From NCBI GenBank assembly GCA_965644495.1, contig CBFFSA010000073.1:1-27220 (forward strand): DNA of 27,220 nt, given 5' to 3'. The notes beneath the pieces were generated by a model that was not told the origin of the DNA, made no database searches, and saw only the letters and a program-made list of their open reading frames with translations. Of the stretch, positions 12,201 to 23,070 are shown piece after piece. Source of the DNA: Perkinsela sp. CCAP 1560/9. Lineage: Eukaryota; Protista; Euglenozoa: Kinetoplastea. The first letter of the stretch is position 1; each line of letters opens with the position of its first letter. Made by a program: the position numbers and the translations under genes.

Positions 12201-14683
12201 AGTTGATGAAAAGGAAGAAGATAAGGTGGAAGAAGAAAAAGCGGTGGAAGAAGACCCAGATGAATAAAAACCAGAATCCATCATTGGCGAAGGGCGATGA
12301 AAAGATGATGATTTTGAAAGATAGGAATTTGATGAGTTTGTTGAAGAAGGAGTTGGGGTTGAAGAAGAGAGGGGTGTTGCGTTTGGAGTTGTGGTTGTGG
12401 GACTTGTAGAAGAAGAAGAAGCGGGAGTAGAGGAAGAAGAAGGGAGGGGAGGGGAAGGAGGTGGTTTGGGAGCAAGGGATTGATGCAAACTTGATAATTG
12501 TGAGTTATTAATAAAGCCACAATTTTCTAAAAAATCCATAATTTTTGATGTTTTTGAATTATCGACTTTTAACAGTGTCCTCACCTATTTTCAAAAAATA
12601 TGAATATCGAAAAATGACAAAAAAAAAAACAACAAAAAAGAAAGTAAGAAAAAATTATTACTTTGTGTTTCTTAATTCGATGCGAAGATTTGAGACCCTC
12701 TCGAACAAGGGTATCTTTTATCACCAAAAATTGTTGGGGATGCAATCGCAATGCTTGGCAAAGCTTCTTCTCTGTAAATGATCAAAATAGTGAATAAAGT
12801 GAAATAAAGGGAAAAAATTATTTAAAAATTTAAATTAAATCGAAATTTAAAAAAAAACTCAAAAAATAAAAGAAAAAAAAGAAAAAGAAAGAAAGAAAAC
12901 CAGCAACGCTCAGAAGATCAACACAAGGATCACAACAAATATCAAGAGGTTTACTCTTATATTCTCTTGTTAAGAAAGAAGGTGCAGAAAGAGAAGAAGA
13001 AGAAAGAGAAGATGTTGAAGAAAGGGAAGAGTTTGAAGAGAAAGAAAGAGAAGCAAGAGAAGAGTGGGCGAGGGAGGAAGAAGGGTTTGTTGAGGAGCTG
13101 GCTGAAGAGAGAGAAGAAGAGAGAGAAGAGGAAGAAGAAGAAGAAGAGGAAGAGGAAGAGGTTGAAGAAAAAGTTGAAAAAGATAAAGAATTTTGAGAAG
13201 AAAAAGAAGAGGAAGAAGAGGAAGATGGGCAAGAGGAGCAAGAAGAAGTACAAGATGTACAAGAAGAAGAAGAAGAAGAAGTTGATGTAAAGTTTGAAAA
13301 CGGGGCCGTTGACGAAAATGAGTGTGTTCCCTGAGAGGAAGAGAGAGGCGAAGGAGGAGAGAATGGAGAAGAAGAAAGAGAAGAAGAGGAAGATAAAGAA
13401 GAAGCAGAAACAGAAGGAGAAGACAAAGACCAAGAACTATCTTTCTCTTCTTTCTTTACCCCTATTCTTTTCTTTTTATCATCCTTTTTCTTATCCTTTC
13501 CGCCCTCTTCTTCCATTTGCAATTGATAACATTGTTGTTTCAATTGTTCAAGTCTTTTTCGAAGTTTCTGTTCTCGATAAAGAGAATTTAAAAATCGAAA
13601 ATGATCGGTTCTGGGCCACACTTGCATAAAAATTCGATACTAAAATAAAAATAAAATAATTGTGAGTGATTTGAATCCTCTGAAAACTCACAGAAAATGA
13701 ATTGAAGAAAGGGGAAACCTGATTATAAATCTTCTTCTCTTCTCGTGTTCGTTTCTTATCTTCTTCTTGTAATCTTTTGAAATCATCCAGTCCATATTCA
13801 ATGACCACCTTAATTTTCCAAACAAAGGAATTAAATAATATGTCAAAAAAGAGATTATCAAAATTAACAACAAACAAATACAATATAAACAAAAGAAAAC
13901 AATAAACAATAATCCAAAAAAACAACTAAAACAAACAACTAAAACAACAACACAACAAACAAACAAAATATACACAAAAATAATATAATAATAATAAATA
14001 CTTTTTTTAATAAAACAACAAAAACAAAAAATAAACAAAAACAAAAACAAAAAACCTCTCGACGCCAAATCCTCTCAGCCAACCTCTGATTATAAATCTT
14101 AAGCAACTTCATCCTCATCTCTTTCATATTCTCTTTCTTCTCAGCATCTGCTTTCTTTTCTGTCTCTCCTTTTATTGGTTCAGTCTCATTCTTTTTATCC
14201 GCCAATTCATCAGGATCCCAGACCATATCCGCCAATGCTAACTCTGCATCGTTGTCGAATTCAACCTTTGGGGAGTTGAGAGAAAGAGAGAGAGAGAGAG
14301 AGAGATTATGAGAAAGAGAGAGAGGTTATGAGAAAGAGAGAGAGAAATATGAGAAAGAGGGAGATAAAAAGAGATTTGATTTGGAAGATAGAAGGTGTTT
14401 GGAAGAGATTTTGAAAAAAAAAAAAGGAATGGATTCATTGAAAGAGAGAAAGAAAACAAAGGGGAAAAGAGAAAACAAAAAACACAAAACACAAAACACA
14501 CAAAAAAAAATATAGAAATATAAAATAAAAAAAAAGTCAAAAACCTCAAACTCTTTTCGTTTAAACATCAAACCAGATTCAGAAGAGGTTGGATGACTTT
14601 GTCCAGGGGCACCATGTTTATCATTTTTTGATCTTTTCAGAAGTTTTCTTGGTTTCCCTGAAATTTATTTTATTCAATCAATA

Positions 14684-14714
<31 letters not shown>

Positions 14715-15700
14715 TCTCTCTCTTCTTCTTCTCTCTCTCTCTTCTTTTCTCTCTTCTTCCCCCAAAAAACCAAACAAAACAAACAAACAAACAACAAACA
14801 AAAACAAAACAAACAACCTGGAGAAGTAATCGTCTGGTGCATTGGAGGAAGAGGAAAAGAAGGGGTATGAACAAACGTTTCAAACCAATGTTTCTCACAT
14901 GCTTCAGCATCTTTGCTTCCAATATAATCCGCCACCTTTTTATTCTTATTATTATCATTCTTATTCTCATTATTATCATCATTATTATTATTATTATTAT
15001 TATTATCTTCTTATTATTATTTTGAACAATTAAAAAGGAAATAAAAATAATATTTGAGCAAAAAATTGTGTTTGGATTGGAAAAAAAAATAAAAGGAAAA
15101 GAAAAGGAAAAAGAGCAGAAGATTTTTTTGAACCTCGACCCAATTTCCAAGGCCACACATGTCTATCCCCTCAAGTAACAATTGTTCTTCAGCAGAAGCC
15201 CAATCTTTTCGAAAAGAAAGAATAATTAATTCATCCAAACACAACAAAGAGACACTTTTTCACAAAGAAGAGAGAGAGAGAAAGAAAAGAACCTGGATGA
15301 AAGAGAGGAAATTCCATCTTATCAACAATAGAATAAGAATGAGTATTGCGATGGCCTGACAACTCAACACCAACACTAAAACATTCCAAACACAGATCAA
15401 AATCTGTGCAAACCGCGCACTGTATCATATCAAAATCCTCATCAGAATCCCTTCTTTTTCAAGGATTGTGAAAAGAAAACAAAAAGTGAAGAAAAGACAA
15501 ACTTTCACTCGAATATTTCCAATGTTTCGATTGCAATAGTTGCAAGTATAAGTCCCACATCCTGGAGTCAAATCTGGAAGAACAGAACGGTGTGAAAAAA
15601 AAAAAATCCACCATTTCCAACAAACAAACCCAAAAATCATACCTTTCGCTTCAGAATTCAACCTCTTTCTCTTCTTCACTCGTTTTGAAGCTTCAGACAT
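9278..15700 (-). CDS. ADA2: Transcriptional adaptor ADA2 (ZZ zinc finger, SANT, SWIRM) with long Ser/Pro/Thr-rich extensions; about 17 exons, about 1500 aa
   Basis: Hand-spliced exons: 15700-15643, 15573-15503, 15419-15293, 15204-15134, 14935-14818, 14657-14545, 14265-14056, 13808-13719, 13639-12901, 12771-12662, 12584-10946, 10855-9983, 9815-9774, 9700-9671, 9610-9565, 9502-9441, 9381-9278 (phases consistent; last five less certain). Motifs CNYC..RVKCAVCTDFDLCLECFSVG (ZZ), DWASAEEQLLLEGIDMCGLGNW (SANT), EFEVEFDNDAE, IYNQRLAER, and EKKLC..KIMDFL (SWIRM). Confidence 0.9.
14938..15022. repeat. (ATT)n microsatellite within an ADA2 intron
   Basis: Visible degenerate att/tat trinucleotide run. 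Confidence 0.8.
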
Positions 15701-16306
15701 CTTTTTCTCCCAAAAAAACAAGAGAACAATTCCTTTTGGCCAAATTGTCAGTTGTTGCAATCGACCGTTTGACGTGGCCAAAACCAAAACGAACCAAATT
15801 AAGGCAAAGACGGTTTGTTTACTCTCCCCCTTCTTTTTCTTTTTTTGTTTCTTTGCCGATTTTTCGGTGATATTTCTTTTGAATGATGAAGCTCAATTTT
15901 TTGATTTTCGTTTCTTATTGGAGTTGGTATTTGAATTGGTGAACTCTTGAATAAACAATTGGATGGTTCATTTGTGAGACTTGAATTTGGTTCAGCAGTT
16001 GAAGGGTTTCGAATCACATCAAGGCCATGAATAGTTGCTCAAGCAATTGTTCCAGAACGATGACCACTTGAAAAAAAAAAATCAGACATTAAAATGACAA
16101 CCAAAAACAAGAAACAGAAAAACCAGAAAATCAGGTGAATGAAACAACGAAAAATGCAAAGAAAAAGAAAGAAAAGTGGCAAGTGAGAAGAAAACGAAAA
16201 CAGAAAACGGAAATTGGAAAAAAGTCAGTGGGAAGAAAAGTGGGAAGAAATTTATTTTGTCTTGAATTCATATTTTATTGGAAGATTTTTTATTTAAAGG
16301 TGAGAT

Positions 16307-18183
16307 TTACTTAGCAATACCACCCTTTCTCATTGGCATGTATTTCTTCTTCTCATGCAATTCTCGATCAATCCACCACAAAGCTCCATGTGAGTTTCCT
16401 GGTTTCTTCTTCTCTTCTGCCAAAAATGCTTCAGCTTCAGCAACAGCAGCTTCAGCAGCATCAACAGCAGCATCAGCAGCTGCCTTTGCCTTTTCAGCAT
16501 CAGCACGAGCAGCTTCAGCAGCTTCACGAGCAGCAACAGCTTGGGCACGAGCAGCCTCTGCAGCTTCACGAGCAGAAACAGCAGCTTCACGTCTTCTTTC
16601 TGCTTCTTGACGAGCAGCAGTGGCTTGAGCAGCAGCTTCTTCAGCAGCAGCACGAGATTGTTCAGCAGCTCGAGCAGTGGACTCAGCTTGTTCACGAGCA
16701 GCAGTGGCTTGAGCAGCATCAGCTTCAGCAGATGCACGAGCTTGGGAAGCAGCATTTGCATCAGCTTCTGCTTGTTTTCGAGCTTCTCCAGCCTTTGAAG
16801 CATCTCCTTCAGCAACTCCACGAGCTTCTGCAGCAGCTTTGGTTGCTTTCTCTGCTTTTCGAAGAGCAGCTTCTGCTGTGATCTTTGCTTGTCGAAGAGG
16901 AAGAGGATCTTCAGCTAAATGTTGAGCAAGTTCATTTTTCGCTCTGTTACGAGAAACAACTCCAGTACTCTCATCTTCACTTTTTGCTTTCAATTGAGCA
17001 GTCTTTGCATTGTAAGCATCTTCTTGTTTCTTTACTTCAGCAAGAGCAGCTTCTAATTCAGCTTGAGAAGCTCGAACTTCTTCTTCACGAGTTGCTAAAG
17101 TTGCAGCACTTGCTTTTGCAGCATCTTCTCGGGAACGAGCATCAGCAGCAGATTGTTGAGCAGCAGCGTCTCTCTTCTTGGCTTCAGCTTCAGAAGCACG
17201 AGCTTGAGCTTCAACAGATTTGGCTTCAGATTCAGCAGCAAGAGCAGCTTGTTCGGCAGCTTTGGCGTCAGCTTCCTTTTGGCGAGCTTCGGCTTCACGG
17301 GCTAACGCAGCTTCTTCAGCAGCTTTTGCTTCAGCTTCACGGGCTTTGGCATCAGCTTCACGGGCTAACGCATCTGCTTCTGCTGACTATTTTGACAGAA
17401 TGAATGAAGAGAAACCAGAGAAAGAAAGAATAATATCCAAGAAAAGAGGAAATGAAAAAACGAAGGGAAAAAAAGAAAACGATGATTCAAAAAAAAAGAA
17501 GAGGAAAAGAAAACCTTGGCAGCTGCTTCACGACTTTGAGCTTCTTTCAAAGCAGCTGATGCAGCTGCTGCTGTTCGACTTGCTTCTTCAAAAGCAACAG
17601 AAACAGCATCCAATTTTGCTTGAGCTTCCTCGATTTGTTTTTGGTTATCTCCTTGAGCACGATTCACCAACTCATGAAACAATTTGTCATTGTGAGCATC
17701 ATATTTGAACAACAAATAATGAGACAAAGGAACTGCTTTTGGTCGTTCATTTTGACCAATAGCACCAGTCTTTCTCAAACGAGATCGCATCTCTAAAACA
17801 GTGTGAGCTTCATCAGCTTTCTCCAAGAAACGATGAGCTTCCATTTCATCCAATTCGTTTCCTTCAGCTTTGGCGTTGTCGATGTTTACACAATGTTCAA
17901 CAAAACGCCACAAGTTTTCGGCTTCACCTTGAGCGAAATCATCCCAGAAAGCATTTGCAAACCAAACAGCTTGTTCTTTGTGGGTTCTTGAAAAAAGTTG
18001 GAGTTACTTTAAGATTCAAAAAAAACAAAAGAAAAGAGCAAAGAATATTGGGCAAAAGAGAAAAGAAATAGAAAAGAGAAAGAAGAAGAGAAAGAAGAGA
18101 AAGAAGAGAAAAAACCTCTTGCACAAGTCATGAAGTTTATCAAGGTCAGTAGCACCTTCCAAGAATGGTGATTTAGAAGACAT
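16307..18183 (-). CDS. ABP34-family coiled-coil protein, copy 5 (inverted); complement(join(16307..17386,17515..17986,18116..18183)), 539 aa
   Basis: Reverse-strand copy with identical exon sizes (68 and 472 nt) and the same motifs. Confidence 0.85.
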
Positions 18184-18395
18184 GATCAAAAATAATCTCG
18201 CAAACGGAAGAGAGAGACAAGAGAGAGAAAAACGCAAAAAAGAAAATGAAGATTGTGTGACGTCAACACCCCATTTATTTTAGGTCTCTATTTTTTAAAC
18301 CCCACAAAACGAGCTTTGCAGACAAATTGTTCCTCGCACTGTTTTCCAAAAATCATAAAGTTTATTTCATGAAACAAATACTGCCAAATCTCATC

Positions 18396-21300
18396 TTAAA
18401 ATTGGATAAAAGTCTCTGAATCACAATATCCAGGACCAATTGGGTTTGTAGGAACCCCTCTCCGTTTCAACCGACATGAGTGAAAATTCAATCGAGGGAC
18501 AGCATCATCGATATTCTTCACATTTTGATCACTCCATAATCTCTCTGCTGTCGCACACGCGCGTGGCCAGATCCGAGTGGAGATGGAGACATCATCCACC
18601 TGAGAGAAGAGGGGGAAAAAAAGTCAATAACTTGGTGGAAATTCAGTTCATTTGAGAAAAGAAGACCGTCTCTGCCCACATAGCAGCCTCCCCACCCAGA
18701 ATAAGGTCAAGTTCTTCGGGAGTCACATGTAGACCTGAAGTTGGCTCCACAGAGTAAAAATCCTATTCATTTGGTTCATCAGAAAAGAGAATTTTTGTCA
18801 TTCAAAATGATCAAAGTTTCACATACTTGCCAGGTATCCATCCACTCATAATGATGAGTTTGTGGGACTGTGATTGAAGGGATCTGGAGATTGAAAAGAG
18901 TCAAAAAGAAACTCATTTTTCAACAAGGGAACAACACAAATATTCATTTCGAAAATTTAAACAACCTGTTGATCAAGATAAAAACCATAACTCTGCAACG
19001 CTTCATAACCTGCAGATAAGACTTGTTGAAGTGTGGTTGAGTCTGTCCATTCAACGAGTCAGAAAACTCTTTGCAAAAGATAAAGAGAAAAGAATTTGAG
19101 ATAACCTTTCCAAACTTGGACAATGGTTTCAACATCACCAGGTTGTAAAGTATTTGATAAGAAAGCTTCTTCCCAAACAACTCTCTTTTTTCTCAAGCGA
19201 GACAAGATGTTGTTGATTCGTCCTTCGAAATATTGGTAGATTTCATCTCCTGTTGTGAATCCATTCTAGAAAAAGAATGTTTGTCAGAAGAGCTCCTTTT
19301 TTTTGTGAGAGAGAATATAATGATTTTGGAAAGGAGAAAAAACCATTGAAGCCCAGGAAGAGATATTTGGATCTTGAAACCAACAATTTTCAACAACCTA
19401 GTTTGCAACAATTATGATTATCCTGTAAAGAGAATTGAATTTTTGAGAAGAAGAAATAACCTCGTCGCCTCCAACATGAATGAACTCATCAGGGACAAGA
19501 GCTGCGATATAAGCCAACACATTCTCGACAATCTGGATTAATGTCAACAAACATCAATAAATAATTTTAAAAAAAAACAACACCTCAAAAATCCCACTCA
19601 CAATACAATCCAAATAAAATAAAAAAGAATCAAAAAGAGAAATTCAAACAAAGTAAGTTTCTTCAATGGAGGGATCCAAAGGAATATTATTAATATTGGC
19701 TTCATATTCTGGACAATTGGCAACAATATTTGGATATCCTTTTCCCCAACTTGCTGCGTGGCCTGGGATATCGGTCTGTTTTTATGATAATAAGTTAGAG
19801 GAGAGAAGAAGAAGTGGACTTCTGTAAAATTCCAAGAATTGAGTTTTTTTGTTTTTGTTGAAAAAAATGAAAAAAAAAAGGGAAATCAAGAAAATACCTC
19901 AATAATTACTCGAACTCCGTAGTTCAGACCCAAGGCAACGATCTTACGCAAGAGATTAGTAAAAAAGAAAAGAAAAGAAAAGAAAAGAAAAGAAAAGAAA
20001 AGAAAAGGAAACATCTTCAACATCTTGAGGAGTAAAAGTAGCAGCAGGATAGGAATAGGCGCCTTTTTCAGCCAAAGGAGGATTGGTTGGAACTTGAAGA
20101 GGAAAAGATTGTGCATCAACAACATGCCAATGCATTACATTCAATTTTGAGTATGACATTGCTGCGATTGTTGCTTCGATTGTTGAAGCGCTGTTTGTTT
20201 TTTGAGTTGGAAATTAATTAATGAATGATTTTTTTATTTTTGATTGGTCTTTTTTTGGTGTTTTTTTCTTTTTGAAGGCTAAAAGACTAAAAGACTAAAA
20301 TTGAAAAAGAAATCCAAATTTTATTTTTTTTAAATAAAAGTGAATATAAAAATTCAAAAAAATATTTGAAAAAAAGAAAAAGAAAGAAAAGGAACCTAAG
20401 ATAATGTCGCGCAGAATCTAACATCAGACCACGCCAAGGATAGCGAGGAAAATCTTTAATTACCAACTCCACACCATCAATTTTATAACAACTATCTGTT
20501 AGAGCTGTTAGATTGTTCTTCTTTCTTTTTCAAATTTTTTCTCTTAATTTTTTTCACAAAATAAAGAAATAAATAAGAACAAACAAGTAGGAAGAAAACA
20601 AAACAAAAACAACAAACAAACAAAACAAAAATGAAAGAGAAAAAGAGAAAAAAAGAGAAAGAGAGAAAGAGAAAAAGAGAAAGAGAAAGAGAGAAAGAGA
20701 AAGAGAGAAAGAGAGAAAGAGAGAAAGAGAAAGAAATACCAGAAAAATCAAAGAAAACAATCTGGGAAAAGGTCTCAAGACCGCGCATGGCCCCCCAAAC
20801 GGTTTGGGACCACATCGTCGCCTCTGTCTTTGTCATGTTCATTTCGTAGCTTTCGTTTGTGATTTTCTGTTTTTTTTTTGTTTTGTTTTAGAGAGAGAGA
20901 GAAGAGAGAGAGGAGAGAGAGGAGAGAGGAGAGAAGAGGGGAGAGGGGAGGGGGAGAGAGAAGAGAGAAGAGAGAGGGGGGAGAGAGAAAAGAGAGAGGG
21001 AAGAGGGGAGAGAGAGAAGTGAAGAGAGAGGAGAGAGGAAAGAGGAAAGAGGGAAGAAAGAAAACCACAAGAGGAGCGTCACAATCAACAACGTTAATTT
21101 GAAGGAAATAATTTGTTCCATTCATTGCGTTTTGAGGAAAGAGAATTTTATCCTTTTTGGATAAACATGTTTAGTGTTTGCGGGAAGAGAGAAAAAGGAA
21201 AGAGAAAGGAAAAGAAAGGGAAAATAAGAAAGAGAAAAAGAAAGAGAAAGAAAAAAGAAAGAAAGAGAAAGAAAAAAGAAAGAAAGAGAAAGAGAAGAGA

Positions 21301-22204
21301 AAAAAGAGAAAAAAAAAACTTGATATCGTTGAACAGCAGCATCAAGATAAGAATTGTCACAATTTGTCACAATCTTAAATCCATTATTATCTATTTTTTT
21401 AAAGAATAAATAAAAAGAAAAGAAAGAAAGATCAGAAGAGAAAGAAAGAAAGGTTGAAGGAAGAGGAAGAAGGGTTTGAGGAAGAGGCCAAACAAAATCA
21501 GATTGGCAAGAAACTCTCCCCCCATTCCATTGTACCCTTCCCATAATCAACAGAAAGAGAGAAAGAAGAGAGAGAGAGAGAAAGAAAGAGAAAGAGAAGA
21601 GAAAGAGAAGAGAGAGAGAAGAGAGAGAAGAGAAAGAAGGAAGAGAGAAAAGAAAACCAAAGCAAACAACATCAGAAGAAAGAGAAAGAAGGGTTTGAGG
21701 AAGAGGCCAAACAAAATCAGATTGACAAGAAACCCTCCCCCCATTCCATTGTACCATTCCAATAATCAACAGAAAAGAGAGAAAGAAGAGAGAGAGATAG
21801 AAAGAAAGAGAAAGAGAAGAGAGAGAGAGAGAAGAGAGAGAAGAGAGAGATGAAGAGAGAGAAGGAAGAGAGAAAAGAAAACCAAAGCAAACAACATCAG
21901 AAGAAAGAGAAAGGAGGGTTTGAGGAAGAGGCCAAACAAAATCAGATTGACAAGAAACCCTCCCCCCACTCCATTGTACCATTCCAATAATCAACAGAAA
22001 AGAAAGAGAAAGAGAGAAAAGAGAGAGAGAGAAGAGAGAGGAAGAGAGAGAAAGAGAAGAGAAAAGAAAACCAAAACAAACAACATCAGAAGAAAGAGAA
22101 AGAAGGGTTTGAGGAAGAGGCCAAACAAAATCAGATTGACAAGAAACCCTCCCCCCATTCCATTGTACCATTCCAATCACCAATAATACAATCCAACTCT
22201 TCAT
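18396..22204 (-). CDS. Beta-N-acetylhexosaminidase (glycoside hydrolase family 20) with signal peptide, multi-exon
   Basis: Signal peptide MKSWIVLLVIG followed by VWPLPQ. Motifs in order across GT..AG exons: WGAMRGLETFSQ, DFPRYPWRGLMLDSARHYL, KLNVMHWHVVDAQSFP, GVRVIIE, DIPGHAASWGKGYP, FIHVGGDE (catalytic DE), ILGGEAAMWAE, RIWPRACATAERLWS, PIGPGYC. Stop at 18396. Confidence 0.92.
21455..22190 (-). repeat. Four tandem copies of hexosaminidase exon-1 sequence plus TC-rich spacer (periods 189, 225, 219 nt)
   Basis: GMVQWNGGRVSCQSDFVWPLPQTLL-coding sequence recurs at 22171, 21982, 21757 and 21538. Confidence 0.9.
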
Positions 22205-22509
22205 ATTTTTTTCTTCTTTTTTTCTTTCTTCTTTTCTTCTTCTTCTTTTCTTTTCTTTTTTCTTTTTTCCTTTTTCCTTGAGTCGAGAAAATAAAAGAGA
22301 GCGTGAAAAGGAAGAAAACTGCGAGAGAATGGAGTTTCGAGATTCTTGAACAATAACAAGAGAGAAAAAGAAAGAAATTGTCTTTCTTTTGAAACCACAA
22401 AAAAAAAATGGGATGAGTTGTGTTATTTATTTCTTCTTTTTCTTTTTTTCTTCTTCTTTCTTTCTTCTTTCTTCTTTCGAATAATTTGTTCAAATATTGT
22501 TTCTTGTTT

Positions 22510-23039
22510 CTATTGTTCTTGTGATTGTTCTTGTTGATGTTGTTCTTGTTTTGAAAAAGAATCTCTATTCCCAAAAACATCACGTAAGTTTGATTGATGG
22601 CCAATTTCTCCATAGATACATGCTTTGAGATGTTGTACAACTTCTTCAGAAGCTAAAGAGAGAAAAAAAAACATTTATTTCTTATTTTACTGAAAAATTG
22701 AATTCTTCTTTCTTTCTTTTACTTCTTCTGTGGCTCAAGAGAAACTTTTTCTTTGAAAACAAAAACAAAAAAACAAAAAAACAAAAAAACAAAAAAAACA
22801 AAACAAAAAAACAAAAAAAACAAAACAAAAAAAAACAAAACAAAAACAAAACAAAAAAAAACAAAAAAAAAACAAAAAAAAACCTCCAGCAGCCTCAGCA
22901 GAAGCATCATAAAAGTTCAAAAAGCCATGAGGAAGACGAGGAATAACAGTCAAAAATACTTGGTTTGGTGTACATCCACATAATCTTCTTACAAATCCTA
23001 CTGCATCATCTAGTAGTGGATCAAATTCTCTGTTTTGAG

Positions 23040-23070
<31 letters not shown>

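Noticed and set aside
10129-13629. Plus-strand E/K/R-rich ORFs
   Set aside because: Antisense of Ser/Pro-rich ADA2 exons.
15799-16070. Higher-complexity stretch with a 72-aa ORF between ADA2 and copy 5
   Set aside because: No ATG-led frame with recognisable motifs and no consistent splice model. Could be UTR or promoter; not supportable as a gene.
125-18183. Heptad offsets 0, 2, 3, 5, 8 resemble a Fibonacci series
   Set aside because: Five values with no mechanism; treated as coincidence.
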